DNA of 64,000 nucleotides, taken from an uncultured cyanobacterium (GTDB taxonomy: Bacteria; Cyanobacteriota; Cyanobacteriia; Pseudanabaenales; Pseudanabaenaceae). Location: contig OY969811.1 in the NCBI GenBank assembly GCA_963703315.1, forward strand, positions 2,176,001-2,240,000. Reading direction: 5' to 3'. Every line of letters starts with the position of its first letter. The first letter of the stretch is position 1. The notes under the pieces are model-generated. The model was not told the DNA's origin, did no database searches, and saw only the letters and a list, made by a program, of their open reading frames with translations. Made by a program: the position numbers and the translations under genes. Below, piece by piece: positions 47,127 through 57,221 of this stretch.

Positions 47127-47236
47127 TGTCCTGTGCAAAGCACAGGACATTATTGCAAAGCAAGAGTTAGCTAGTACAAATCAAAACCCAGAAGATGAGT
47201 GGCGGCGCGAAGCGCCGCCACTCATCTTCTGGGTTT
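47120..47236. repeat. Two perfect palindromes with 3-nt loops
   Basis: 47120-47156 (AAA loop) and 47184-47236 (25-bp arms, GAA loop). Confidence 0.85.
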
Positions 47237-47381
47237 GTGTCCATAGCAAAAAAAGTTTTGCTATGTCACTTGTGCGGAAAAGTCAAGAATGAAACAAGAA
47301 ATTTTTATATGATTGATACTTGCGGTGTTTTCAGTAGTAAACTTACGCATACAAAGCATATAAGGCACTATGTAAACCAAT

Positions 47382-47588
47382 ATGTATCCTTCAGATCCTA
47401 ATTCTAATTCTAATCCTCAAAAACCTTCTTTTCTTGAAGAGATTCGTAGAGGTTGGGAGTGGGCAATCTTCTCCATTAAAGTTTTGAGCCGTGTTGGTAG
47501 TCCCATTGAACTCGCACAGACTATTTTTAACTCTATTAAAATTTTAGTAGTTCGTACACTCAGGCAATGGGGATTTGGAGGTAAATAA
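47382..47588 (+). CDS. Small hypothetical protein
   Basis: 68-aa ORF ending 3 bp before the next ATG; its 3' end contains the GGAGG RBS of the hydroxylase gene. Confidence 0.55.
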   Translation: MYPSDPNSNSNPQKPSFLEEIRRGWEWAIFSIKVLSRVGSPIELAQTIFNSIKILVVRTLRQWGFGGK

Positions 47589-47591
47589 TCT

Positions 47592-48179
47592 ATGTTTAAG
47601 AATGCGACAGATTATGAATTTACACAGATGCTGGAGGCTAACTGGCAAGTAATTAGGCAAGAATTAGAGCAGATTAACCAGAAAAATTTTCTAGATTGGC
47701 CTGAAAAGTATCTCTATGGTCAAGGTTGGAAAACTTTTGGGCTATATGGTTTTGGCATGAAGCTTCATAAAAACTGCCAGATCTGTCCAGAAACAACTAA
47801 GTTGTTGGAACAAATTCCGAATATGGTAACGGCTGGGTTTTCTTCTCTTAACGCAGGAACACATATTGCGGCACATACTGGCTATCCTGATGGAGTTCTG
47901 CGCTGCCACTTGGGCTTAATTGGTTGTGATGGCTGTAGTTTGAGAGTTGGTGATGAAGTCAGAAATTGGCAAGAAGGTAAATGTCTTGTGTTTGACGATA
48001 CAACCGAGCATGAGGCTTGGAATCGGAGCGATCGCACAAGAGTTGTTTTACTAATTGATTTTAAGAGCGATGATTTGCTAGCTCAAGAGATAGAAGACAA
48101 GAAAAAACAATCTGGTAAAGGCTTATGGCAAAACTTCAAGTCCTTATTGTCTGGCTCAAAATCTGGAAATCCTGAATAG
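47592..48179 (+). CDS. Aspartyl/asparaginyl beta-hydroxylase family 2OG-Fe(II) oxygenase
   Basis: LEANWQVIRQEL, CPETTKLL, FSSL.AGTHIAAHTG, LRCHLGL, FDDTTEHEAWN, RVVLLID. Confidence 0.9.
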   Translation: MFKNATDYEFTQMLEANWQVIRQELEQINQKNFLDWPEKYLYGQGWKTFGLYGFGMKLHKNCQICPETTKLLEQIPNMVTAGFSSLNAGTHIAAHTGYPDGVLRCHLGLIGCDGCSLRVGDEVRNWQEGKCLVFDDTTEHEAWNRSDRTRVVLLIDFKSDDLLAQEIEDKKKQSGKGLWQNFKSLLSGSKSGNPE

Positions 48180-48202
48180 GCGATCGGGTATTTTAGCGAG
48201 TT

Positions 48203-48375
48203 TAGGGCATAGCATTCCCAAATTAAAATTATCTAAGTAGCTCAGCATAGTTAAAACCCAAAAACAAAGCTTGTGCCGCCCGCGTAGCGGGCGGCACAAG
48301 CTTCTAGGTTTTAAGTTTACTTATGCCTAGCTACTTAGAAATTTATAGATTTTTGTGGGAATGCTATGCCCCTAC
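48203..48375. mobile_element. Nested inverted-repeat element (outer REP arms, inner MITE-like element, central hairpin)
   Basis: Outer GGGCATAGCATTCCCA/TGGGAATGCTATGCCC; inner CTAAGTAGCT/AGCTACTTAG (48233-48338); core palindrome 48267-48303 with a GTA loop. Confidence 0.7.
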
Positions 48376-48438
48376 ATGAGGATTATTGTCTTATAACTAT
48401 AGGCTATTATACTTATATACTAGTTAAAAGCAGTCTGC

Positions 48439-51387
48439 ATGAGAATTTCCCGTAAGCGATCGTCGCCATTTTTCAATGTTCCCTTAAGCTGGGTATTAGT
48501 AGTTCCATTAATAGTGCAGATTGTTGGTGTGATTGGGCTAGTAGGATATTTCTCCTATCGTAGTGGACAAACAGCATTAGAAAATATGGCAAATCGGGTG
48601 AGGGATCAAGCAAATAGCCGTATTCGTGACCATCTCAATACTTCTTTAGCAATTCAACGTCAAGCTGTTGCCCTTAGCCAAATTGCCATCCAAAACGGTA
48701 ATCTTAATATCAATGACTTTGAGGAATTACAAAAATACTTTTGGAAACAAATCAATTTATCGCCATCTTTAGGTTCAATTTACTTCGCCAATGAAAAGGC
48801 AGAAATGATTGGTTATGGAAGATTACTAAGTCAAGAGGCGATCGATCAAACTAGACAGCTAACTGGTGAAAATTTAATGATGGGAGAAGTGGTTCTACTC
48901 AAGACCACACCTCAAGCCCGAAACAATCGCAAATACTATTTAGTCAATGCTCAAGGTAAAGCCAAAAAACTATATGGAAATTTGCCAATCGATAATCGTA
49001 CTACCAGATGGTATCTCGCTGGCAAAGCAGCTACGAAGCAAACTTGGTCGCCTATCTATGTATTTCAAGATGCACCAACTTTAGGACTGAATACGATCGC
49101 ACCTGTAAAAGATGCCACAGGAAAATTTCAAGGAGTATTGAGTAGTAGCATTCGTTTATCGGCAGTTAGTACTTTTTTAAATCAACTAAATTTTTCACCT
49201 TCAGGACAAACCTTTATCATTGAACGCTCTGGCGATCTTGTTGCCTCATCAACACTAGAAATTCCCTATGTGCAGAATTTAAAGGAAAAGCCAGCACGTC
49301 TATCTGCAAGCAGAAGTCAAGATTTTAGAACAAGGTTAGTCACTTCTCAATTACAACAAAAATATAGTGATCTTCGGCAAATCACAACTAGGCAGCGCTT
49401 AGAAATAGATTCCGAGAATAATAAGTTATTTGCACAAGTGGAGCCTTATCAAGATGGTTTTGGTCTTGATTGGTTATTGATAACAGTGATTCCTGAGTCT
49501 GACTTTATCTCAGAGATTCAGACAAATGCAAAACAGACAATTATGTTAGGTGGATTCATTCTATTGGTAATCACTGGAATTGGGATCTTCACTGCCCGTT
49601 GGATTTCCCGTCCAATTTTACAATTAAGTCAAGCTAGTGAATTGATTGCCCAAGGAAATTGGCAAGAGCCTTTACCAGAAAAAATGGCGATCGCTGAACT
49701 TCAGACTTTATCAAAATCATTTAATGTGATGGCGAGTCAGCTTTATCAATCTTTTGATCGAGTGGAAACAGAGCTACAGGAAAATAAACACTTTCTCCAA
49801 CAAGTTGCCGATCACTCTGCCCAAATTCTGTACATTTTAGATCCAGTGCATTGGGTGAATCTATATGTTAATCGTCAGTCTTTGAATATTTTAGGCTATG
49901 AACCTTCAGAATTTATGCAAGGCGGTTCTCAGTTCTTTAACGAAATCTTACATCCTGATGATATGCCGCTTTTATTACGGAATATGGATTATTGGAAGAT
50001 TGCCCAAGATGGAGAAGTCTTGACCTCTGAATATCGGATGCGACATAAAAATGGTAATTGGATCTGGCTGCGATCGCAAGAAGTGGTGTTTGCTAGAGAT
50101 GAGAATGATCATGTAATCAAAATTTTGGGGACTGCTCAAGATATTAGCGATCGCAAACAGATAGAACTAGCATTGGAGGAAGCTAAAGAAGCCGCAGAAG
50201 CCGCTACTCAAGCTAAAAGTGATTTTCTGGCTAACATGAGTCATGAACTGCGTACTCCCATGAATGGGGTGATTGGGATGACCCAAATTTTGGCAACTAC
50301 GCCTCTAACAGAACAGCAACAGAAATTTGTGAAAACCATTCGAGACAGTGGTGATGCGCTCTTGAGTGTGATTAACGATATTCTTGATTTTTCTAAAATT
50401 GAATCAGGAATGTTGGAGATAGAAGAAAGAGCTTTTGTTTTGGAAGATCTGGTGAGTACAGTTTGTAAGTTATTAGAAAGTCAAGCGATCACCAAACAAA
50501 TTCACATCCAATATGTGATCGCTCCTGATATTCCCACTACAGTAATTGCTGATCAAGCTCGTTTACGCCAAATCTTGCTCAATCTAGTGGGTAATGCGGT
50601 TAAATTTACGCAACATGGTCAGGTGGCGATCGCAGTCAATGGCGATCAGGTCGGAGAGCAGTATCACCTAAAGTTTGCGATCGCCGATACAGGGATTGGC
50701 ATTGAAGGCGATCGCATTGATAAATTATTCCAACCATTCACCCAAGCTGACGCTTCCATTAGTCGCAAGTATGGTGGTACGGGTTTAGGACTAGCCATTA
50801 GTAAACGTCTGGTTGAACTGATGGGCGGAACAATTTGGGTCGAGAGCTTCGGTCAAGTTGGTGGTAATCCGACCTTAAATTGGCGACCAGAAATAGTAAC
50901 TCAAGGTTCAATATTTTATTTCACGATCTCCGTATCAACTATTTCCACAATATCAACTATTTCCACAATCCAAACCAATCAAGATTCATCAGACAAGGTG
51001 GCAATTGATCGCCAAATGGCACAAAAGTTTCCTTTAAAAATTTTGCTAGTCGAAGACAACAAGGTTAATCAGATGGTCGCCTATTTAATGCTTGGACAGC
51101 TTGGATATCAAGTTGATACTGCTAGTAATGGTTTAGAAGCGATACAAGCAGTTCAAGAGCAAGCCTATGATTTAATTTTAATGGATTTACAAATGCCTGA
51201 AATGGATGGATTGACTGCCACAAAGGCGATTCGCACCCAGTTAATGAGTCAAGCTCGCATCGTGGCAATGACTGCCGATGCTCTCCCCGAAGATCGCCAA
51301 GCTTGTTTGGAAGTAGGCATGGATGACTTTATTGCGAAACCAATTGATATCCAAGCATTAATCAAGTTAGTAAGTACCTCACTATAG
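48439..51387 (+). CDS. Hybrid sensor histidine kinase (Cache-HAMP-PAS-HisKA-HATPase-REC)
   Basis: FLANMSHELRTPMN, NAVKFT, DTGIG, GGTGLGLAI, C-terminal REC MDLQMPEMDG. Confidence 0.95.
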   Translation: MRISRKRSSPFFNVPLSWVLVVPLIVQIVGVIGLVGYFSYRSGQTALENMANRVRDQANSRIRDHLNTSLAIQRQAVALSQIAIQNGNLNINDFEELQKYFWKQINLSPSLGSIYFANEKAEMIGYGRLLSQEAIDQTRQLTGENLMMGEVVLLKTTPQARNNRKYYLVNAQGKAKKLYGNLPIDNRTTRWYLAGKAATKQTWSPIYVFQDAPTLGLNTIAPVKDATGKFQGVLSSSIRLSAVSTFLNQLNFSPSGQTFIIERSGDLVASSTLEIPYVQNLKEKPARLSASRSQDFRTRLVTSQLQQKYSDLRQITTRQRLEIDSENNKLFAQVEPYQDGFGLDWLLITVIPESDFISEIQTNAKQTIMLGGFILLVITGIGIFTARWISRPILQLSQASELIAQGNWQEPLPEKMAIAELQTLSKSFNVMASQLYQSFDRVETELQENKHFLQQVADHSAQILYILDPVHWVNLYVNRQSLNILGYEPSEFMQGGSQFFNEILHPDDMPLLLRNMDYWKIAQDGEVLTSEYRMRHKNGNWIWLRSQEVVFARDENDHVIKILGTAQDISDRKQIELALEEAKEAAEAATQAKSDFLANMSHELRTPMNGVIGMTQILATTPLTEQQQKFVKTIRDSGDALLSVINDILDFSKIESGMLEIEERAFVLEDLVSTVCKLLESQAITKQIHIQYVIAPDIPTTVIADQARLRQILLNLVGNAVKFTQHGQVAIAVNGDQVGEQYHLKFAIADTGIGIEGDRIDKLFQPFTQADASISRKYGGTGLGLAISKRLVELMGGTIWVESFGQVGGNPTLNWRPEIVTQGSIFYFTISVSTISTISTISTIQTNQDSSDKVAIDRQMAQKFPLKILLVEDNKVNQMVAYLMLGQLGYQVDTASNGLEAIQAVQEQAYDLILMDLQMPEMDGLTATKAIRTQLMSQARIVAMTADALPEDRQACLEVGMDDFIAKPIDIQALIKLVSTSL

Positions 51388-51634
51388 CAATCAGAGGTTT
51401 GTTGCCCCACCTTCGGTGGGCAGCAAACCTCTGATTACTTGAAAATCACTAAGTAGCTGGGCATAATTAAAAAAACAAATCCAAAAACTGTGGCGCACGC
51501 TGCGCGTGCGCCACAGTTTTTTGGGTTTTATATTTAATTGCAGACAGCTACTTAAATATAAGTAGCTGTCTGCAATTAAATATAAAATGTGGGATGGGCA
51601 TCTTGCCCGTCAACAGACTAGAAGCCTGTTCCAC
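51388..51634. repeat. Cluster of palindromic/MITE-like elements
   Basis: CCTTCGG-loop hairpin (about 51388-51436); CTAAGTAGCT...AGCTACTTA element (51449-51554); an inverted copy of its end; GTGGGATGGGCATCTTGCCCGTC...CCTGTTCCAC element (51588-51634). Confidence 0.7.
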
Positions 51635-51665
51635 TTAACAATTAAGCAACTTTGCAATTTGCCCC

Positions 51666-52298
51666 ATGACAATGACCACTCCTAACGATGTCTATACCCT
51701 TGCTCAATGGCTAGCTGGTGACCATAGCAATTGGGAACAGGCGATCGAAAATCCACCATTTTTTGCCCATATCCGTGTCGGGATTCGCGCTTTGCCTAAT
51801 CCCATCAGCGAAGATGGCGTATGGCTATTTCTCGAACAAGCCTATGACTATGAGCTAAATCATCCCTACCGCACGGCTGTATTGCATCTCATCTATGCCA
51901 ACGATCGCATTGAAATGGTTAACTATAGCCTCAAAAATGCGGCAACCTTCTTTGGTGCTAGCCGAGATCTGGCACTCCTTGCTGGACTGAATGCTGCGGC
52001 GATCGACAAGCTTGAAGGCTGCACGCAATGGGTACAACGTGCTGATGAAAAAACTTTTAAGGGGAATGTCGAGCCTGGCAAAAAATGCTGCATCAATCGC
52101 AAAGGTGTAGATACCTATCTCACCATTGAGTTTGAAGTCACTGAAAATAGTTACAGCAGCCTTGATCGGGGCTATGACGTAGTAACCGATGAACGGGTAT
52201 GGGGTTCAGTGGCTGGGGCATTTGAATTCACTAAAAAAGCCAGCTTTAGCGATGAAATTTCTATAGGATCTACTCCTATAGGTATAATAAACTCCTGA
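51666..52298 (+). CDS. cpcT: CpcT/CpeT family phycobiliprotein lyase
   Basis: LAQWLAGDHSNWEQAIENPPFFAHI, EQAYDY...PYR, VEPGKKC, SLDRGYD, VWGS. Confidence 0.85.
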   Translation: MTMTTPNDVYTLAQWLAGDHSNWEQAIENPPFFAHIRVGIRALPNPISEDGVWLFLEQAYDYELNHPYRTAVLHLIYANDRIEMVNYSLKNAATFFGASRDLALLAGLNAAAIDKLEGCTQWVQRADEKTFKGNVEPGKKCCINRKGVDTYLTIEFEVTENSYSSLDRGYDVVTDERVWGSVAGAFEFTKKASFSDEISIGSTPIGIINS

Positions 52299-52417
52299 GA
52301 AATTAGATTTTTTGAATTTTTAACGCTGTTTCAACAGTGCCGAACTTTTAAAAAATCTAATCGCCCAGAGCTTTCTAAGTAAGAAAGCAAAACTAGTGTG
52401 AGCATTAAAGGTGTAAT

Positions 52418-53692
52418 TTGAAAGTCCTCGTAGTTGGCAGTGGCGGTAGAGAACACGCCCTCGCTTGGAAACTCCTACAATCTCCTAATATTGATCGAGT
52501 CTTTTGCATACCCGGCAATGGCGGTACGGCAACTATGTCCAATTGCCAAAATGTTTCCTTAAGCATCGATGATTTTGAAGGGATTTTACGGTTTGCCCAA
52601 GTCCAAGGTGTTGGGTTTACCATAGTTGGTCCCGAACTGCCGTTAGCACTTGGCATTGTTGATTATTTTCAAGCCGAAGAGTTACCGATTTTTGGTCCTA
52701 CCCAAGAGGGCGCAAAGATCGAAGCAAGCAAGTCTTGGGCAAAGACGCTGATGGAAGAGGCAAAGATCCCCACGGCTGCTAGTGCCACATTTCAAGATCT
52801 AGAAGCTGCCCAAGCATATATACAGTCACAGGGCGCACCAATCGTAATTAAGGCAGATGGTCTAGCTAGTGGTAAGGGTGTAACTGTCGCCATGACCCTC
52901 GAAGAAGCGATGGACGCACTCGATCGCATTTTTGCGGGACAATTTGGCTCCGCAGGGGAAACTGTGGTAATCGAGGAGTTCATGATCGGACAAGAGGTTT
53001 CTGTCCTCGCGATTACTGATGGCAAAACGATTCGTCCTTTAGTGCCTGCTCAAGATCATAAGCGGCTTGGTGATGGGGATACAGGTCCCAATACAGGCGG
53101 TATGGGAGCCTATGCCCCTGCGCCGATCGCTACACCTGAGTTGATGGCAAAAGTACAAACACAGATACTCGAACCTGCGATCGCGGCTTTGAATGCTAGA
53201 GGTATTGATTATCGCGGCTGTCTCTATGCAGGGTTAATGGTGACACCTGAAGGCGAACCCAAAGTTGTCGAGTTTAACTGTCGGCTTGGCGATCCTGAAA
53301 CTCAAGCTGTATTGCCATTACTAGATACAAATCTGGATGATTTACTGTTGGCTTGTGTGGAAGGTAGACTGGCTGAATTTCCACCACTGCAATGGAAAAA
53401 CCAGTCTTCAGTCTGTGTTGTCATGGCGGCAGGTGGATATCCTGACAAAGTAGAGACAGGGCAGTTTGTCACAGGTATCGGCAAAGCTGAAGATTCAGGG
53501 GCTTTTGTCTTTCAGTCTGGAACTAAACTCAAAAATAATGCCCTTGTGACCAATGGCGGTAGGGTGATTGGGGTTACGGCTCTGGGTGAGGACATTCGTA
53601 CAGCGATCGCTAATGTCTATAGCGCTGTCGATTTTATTGCCTACGACGGGATGTATTACCGCAAGGACATTGCTAGCAAAGCCATCACCTAA
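52418..53692 (+). CDS. purD: Phosphoribosylamine--glycine ligase
   Basis: GSGGREHALAW, PGNGG, IKADGLASGKGV, QDHKR..DGDTGPNTGGMGAY, EFNCRLGDPETQ. Confidence 0.98.
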   Translation: MKVLVVGSGGREHALAWKLLQSPNIDRVFCIPGNGGTATMSNCQNVSLSIDDFEGILRFAQVQGVGFTIVGPELPLALGIVDYFQAEELPIFGPTQEGAKIEASKSWAKTLMEEAKIPTAASATFQDLEAAQAYIQSQGAPIVIKADGLASGKGVTVAMTLEEAMDALDRIFAGQFGSAGETVVIEEFMIGQEVSVLAITDGKTIRPLVPAQDHKRLGDGDTGPNTGGMGAYAPAPIATPELMAKVQTQILEPAIAALNARGIDYRGCLYAGLMVTPEGEPKVVEFNCRLGDPETQAVLPLLDTNLDDLLLACVEGRLAEFPPLQWKNQSSVCVVMAAGGYPDKVETGQFVTGIGKAEDSGAFVFQSGTKLKNNALVTNGGRVIGVTALGEDIRTAIANVYSAVDFIAYDGMYYRKDIASKAIT

Positions 53693-53723
53693 AAAAAGAC
53701 CGCGCTAGGCGCGGTCTTTTTTT
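53691..53723. terminator. Bidirectional rho-independent terminator
   Basis: AAAAAAAGACCGCGC-TAG-GCGCGGTCTTTTTTT between convergent genes. Confidence 0.75.
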
Positions 53724-54241
53724 TAATCAGCCATGCTGAGATTTACCGTAATTGTCAACCTTAACGATGAATCAGTATTAGAATCATGAACTTGCTGTAA
53801 ATACCGCTCGCCAATTGGCTCAGTCAAAACCCGTGATAGCAACTGTAAAAGTTTCGATGCGCCATTACTAATTTCTTGACTAAATGACTCTGAAAAGGAT
53901 TCAGAGGCGATCGCTAAATTTGTGGGAGCAGCTTGATAATTTAGGTTCGTAGAGCTAGTGTTACTAACTTGAAGCGATCGATTGCTATAGCGCCGTAAAA
54001 CTACCTGCAAGTTATTTTTAGTCACGCGATCGCCAAAAGCTTCTGACAGTAATTGCCACAATTTATAACCAACATCACGAATATAAGCCGCATCATAGCC
54101 AGCCTTTTCCGCAATCTCAGAATAGGTTTTACCCTCCCAAGTCTGACGAAAGATTGCCTCTTGAATTGTACTAAGGCTCTTATTTCCCAAAACAGAATCT
54201 ACGATATTGAGTGCGTCATCAATATTCATCGTTTTCCTCAC
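53723..54241 (-). CDS. Stand-alone HTH protein (N-terminal HTH type found on cyanobacterial NB-ARC/AAA proteins)
   Basis: LSTIQEAIFRQTWEGKTYSEIAEKAGYDAAYIRDVGYKLWQLLSEAFGDRVTKNN. Confidence 0.75.
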   Translation of the reverse strand: MRKTMNIDDALNIVDSVLGNKSLSTIQEAIFRQTWEGKTYSEIAEKAGYDAAYIRDVGYKLWQLLSEAFGDRVTKNNLQVVLRRYSNRSLQVSNTSSTNLNYQAAPTNLAIASESFSESFSQEISNGASKLLQLLSRVLTEPIGERYLQQVHDSNTDSSLRLTITVNLSMAD

Positions 54242-54337
54242 AATCCACTAATGATTACTGGTTACTGATATCTATACATCTGTCCTTTTTTGATAAGAGC
54301 GAGTTGGAATATAGTGTTTCACGTTCTAGTGAAGTAC

Positions 54338-54403
54338 GGTATTGTTTCCCCGCCGAAGGTGGGGAAACAATACTCTGTAACTCGCTTACTTGAAAAGCAC
54401 TAT
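54338..54403. repeat. CCGAAGG-loop hairpin element with ACTTGAAAAGCACTA tail
   Basis: Related to the elements at about 51388-51450 and 61901-61960 (the latter reversed). Confidence 0.6.
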
Positions 54404-55010
54404 AAACTTAATTTTATTTAATTCTAATCTTGATTTTAGGTGGGAACTTTCTAACTAAATCTCCATCTAGTTAGGCAAACAAACTTATAGTTTGTCCTCA
54501 ACACATTTACACAATCTTGATCACATTATTTCCCAATCAAATAATTAGAATTATTTCTCAATCCACAATTACTCAACACCCTTCCGTTAAACTCGCTAGA
54601 TATTTTCAAAAGGCAGACTAGATAACAATTTGTTTTCTATGTTTTACAAGTTAACATAGTTTATTTAAACTGGTTATGCATAACAAGTGTATAGATGTAA
54701 CCCGCAAAAACATTTAATAGCAAGCTTCTCAGGGATTGTCATACTTTTTCATCTTAGTTCAAACTTGTTTTTAACGATAAATATGCCGATATTTCATGAC
54801 ATCAATCAAGGCATTAACAAGCAAGTTCTGGGAACAGAAAAAGTCTGATCTTTTTTTCTAGCATTTTCTGACAAAAACAAAATTGAGTGGCGGCGCTTCA
54901 AGGTATTTCCCTGATACAGCACTTTGCGCTGAATGAAAATCTCTCTGTATTACTTGAAACATCAATAGGTTGTAATCTGGATTTAGTGCAATATCTTTTC
55001 GCAAGTAGTT

Positions 55011-56405
55011 ATGGCAAGCAACAAAAAAGAAGTGTTGGTGTTGGGTTTAACTTTAGCCATCTGTGGTGGATTGGCTACTGGGGGCTTTTTTCTCTTTGGG
55101 AGAGGAAAAGCTACCGATAACAACCCTCTGTCCGTCAGCAATACTAATTTTGACTTGGCAGCACGCAAAAGCGAAGGCGAAAAGTTGTTAATTACGGCGG
55201 AATCCAATCCTGAGAAAGATGCCGCGATCGCCGCTTTTAACAAAAAAGATTACCCCACCACCATTGCAAAACTCGAAGCGTCCCTCAGCAAACAGCGTAG
55301 TGATCCTGAAGCGCTGATTTATTTGAATAATGCCAAAATCGGCGATCGCCCGTCCTTAGAAATTGCTGTGAGTGTGCCAATTGGCGGCAATCTGAATGTG
55401 GCTAAGGAAATATTGCGCGGTGTCGCTCAAGCCCAAAATGAAGTCAATAGTCAGGGCGGCATTAACAGTGTGCCACTGAAAATTGAGATCGTTAATGATG
55501 ACAATAAAATTGAAATTGGCACAAAGGTAGCTCAAGCCCTAGTACAGGATCAAAGTGTCCTTGCGGTGATTGGGCATAACTCCAGCGAAGTATCCATTGC
55601 CGCCATCCCCACCTATCAAGCGGGAGGATTAGTGATGATTTCCTCGACCAGCACTGCCAAAGAACTGTCAGGAGCAGGTAGCTATATTTTTCGGACAGTG
55701 CCAAGTGTGAGATTTCAGGCTGACTCACTATCTCAATATGCAGTCAAGAAGTTAAATAAGAAAAATATTGGTATTTGTTTTAATTCAGAAGCCAAGGCTA
55801 GTCAATCCCTCAAAGAGGAGTTTACTGCCGCCATATTTGCCGATGGCGCAAAAATTAGTCGGATCAGTTGTGATTTAGCTAATCCTAATTTCAATGCGGA
55901 TAAGGTCATTGAGGATATGTTGAGCGATCGCGTTGATGCCCTGTTGTTATCCCCTGGTGTCGAAAAAATCGAAAAGGGCATCGAAATCGCCATTATTGCC
56001 AGAAATCGTCTGTTATTGCTGGGTGACTCAACTCTGTATACTTTCAAAACTTTACAACTAGGGCAAGGCGCGATCGACGAAATGGTGCTAAGCATACCTT
56101 GGCATCCAGACTTTTTGCCCAATAATCCATTTGCTGGTAACGCGGTCAAGCTATGGGGAGGCGATGTCAACTGGCGCACGGCAACTAGCTACGATGCGAC
56201 TCTCGCGATCATCGGTGGCTTACGCAAAAGTAATACCCGCGAAGGAATCCAACAAACCCTATCCAGCAATAGCTTCGAGCTTGATGGAGCAGCAGGAAAA
56301 ATTACCTTTCAACCATCAGGCGATCGCGCTAATGCTTCGATTTTGGTGAAAGTTAGTAAAGGTGGGCGATCGGGTGTTGGCTACGACTTCGTACCAATTC
56401 GCTAA
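55011..56405 (+). CDS. ABC transporter substrate-binding protein (LivJ/branched-chain amino acid type)
   Basis: PEALIYLNNA, EILRGVAQAQ.EVN..GGI, AVIGHNSS, YIFRTVPS, WRTATSYDA. Confidence 0.85.
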   Translation: MASNKKEVLVLGLTLAICGGLATGGFFLFGRGKATDNNPLSVSNTNFDLAARKSEGEKLLITAESNPEKDAAIAAFNKKDYPTTIAKLEASLSKQRSDPEALIYLNNAKIGDRPSLEIAVSVPIGGNLNVAKEILRGVAQAQNEVNSQGGINSVPLKIEIVNDDNKIEIGTKVAQALVQDQSVLAVIGHNSSEVSIAAIPTYQAGGLVMISSTSTAKELSGAGSYIFRTVPSVRFQADSLSQYAVKKLNKKNIGICFNSEAKASQSLKEEFTAAIFADGAKISRISCDLANPNFNADKVIEDMLSDRVDALLLSPGVEKIEKGIEIAIIARNRLLLLGDSTLYTFKTLQLGQGAIDEMVLSIPWHPDFLPNNPFAGNAVKLWGGDVNWRTATSYDATLAIIGGLRKSNTREGIQQTLSSNSFELDGAAGKITFQPSGDRANASILVKVSKGGRSGVGYDFVPIR

Positions 56406-56406
56406 G

Positions 56407-56459
56407 GGATTCTGCTTTTTTGTAGCGCGGCTTTGCCGCGCTACAAAAAAGCAGAATCC
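56407..56459. repeat. Perfect 25-bp-arm palindrome between convergent genes
   Basis: GGATTCTGCTTTTTTGTAGCGCGGC-TTT-GCCGCGCTACAAAAAAGCAGAATCC. Confidence 0.85.
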
Positions 56460-57136
56460 TAACTGTTGTCATTTTGGCTTTCAGTTAGCCATTTGCGAAC
56501 AGCACGCACAATCCTCGTACTATTTTCCGTTGATGACATCTGGAGAAAACTTCCAAGTACATCCCCAGAAATCATCGTGAAAATCGCACTAAATTCACAT
56601 TCAACGTAAGCACCATCTTGAAGTTGAAAAATTTTTACACTGTTATTTTTATAGCGCCATACTTCTGAGATGCCCAACTGCTGATATACCTTAAAGCTTC
56701 GAGTACTGGAATTAGTAATGTCAACTTCAATGATTAAATCTGGTGGTGGATCTACAGCAATATCTATTCTGTTACCTTGAATGCGATCGGCGTTTTGAAT
56801 GTAAAAGCTAGAGTCTGGCTCGGCTCCTTTCTTGGTGTCATTGCAATTTAGAGTAATCGAGCCAAATTCTTTTAATGGTAAATCTAGCTCCTCAGCTAAA
56901 ACCCCAACGATTCGAGCTAATAAACGATTAATTGCCTCATGAAGATCTGACGGCATCCGAATTTCTAAAACTCCTTGGTCATAAACTAACCGCACCGAAC
57001 TGCGATCGCCTATATCAGCCAGCATCGCTTGATAAGTTTGCCAACTAATATTTGACAGCACAACGTTGCCAGTAACTTTGTCAGTAATGTCTGGTGCAAT
57101 TTGTTCGTTTGGGTAAGCTTCAAGAGCGATCGGCAT
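56459..57136 (-). CDS. Uma2 family endonuclease
   Basis: ISWQTY, RLVYDQGVLEIRMP, GAEPDSSFYI, PPPDLIIEVD, GISEVW. Confidence 0.9.
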   Translation of the reverse strand: MPIALEAYPNEQIAPDITDKVTGNVVLSNISWQTYQAMLADIGDRSSVRLVYDQGVLEIRMPSDLHEAINRLLARIVGVLAEELDLPLKEFGSITLNCNDTKKGAEPDSSFYIQNADRIQGNRIDIAVDPPPDLIIEVDITNSSTRSFKVYQQLGISEVWRYKNNSVKIFQLQDGAYVECEFSAIFTMISGDVLGSFLQMSSTENSTRIVRAVRKWLTESQNDNS

Positions 57137-57221
57137 AAAAACAATTTGTCTGACACTCTAGATAGTTTACTGCAAATACAAAATAGAGGCGGCGCATTGC
57201 GCCACCTCTATTTTGCTGTGA

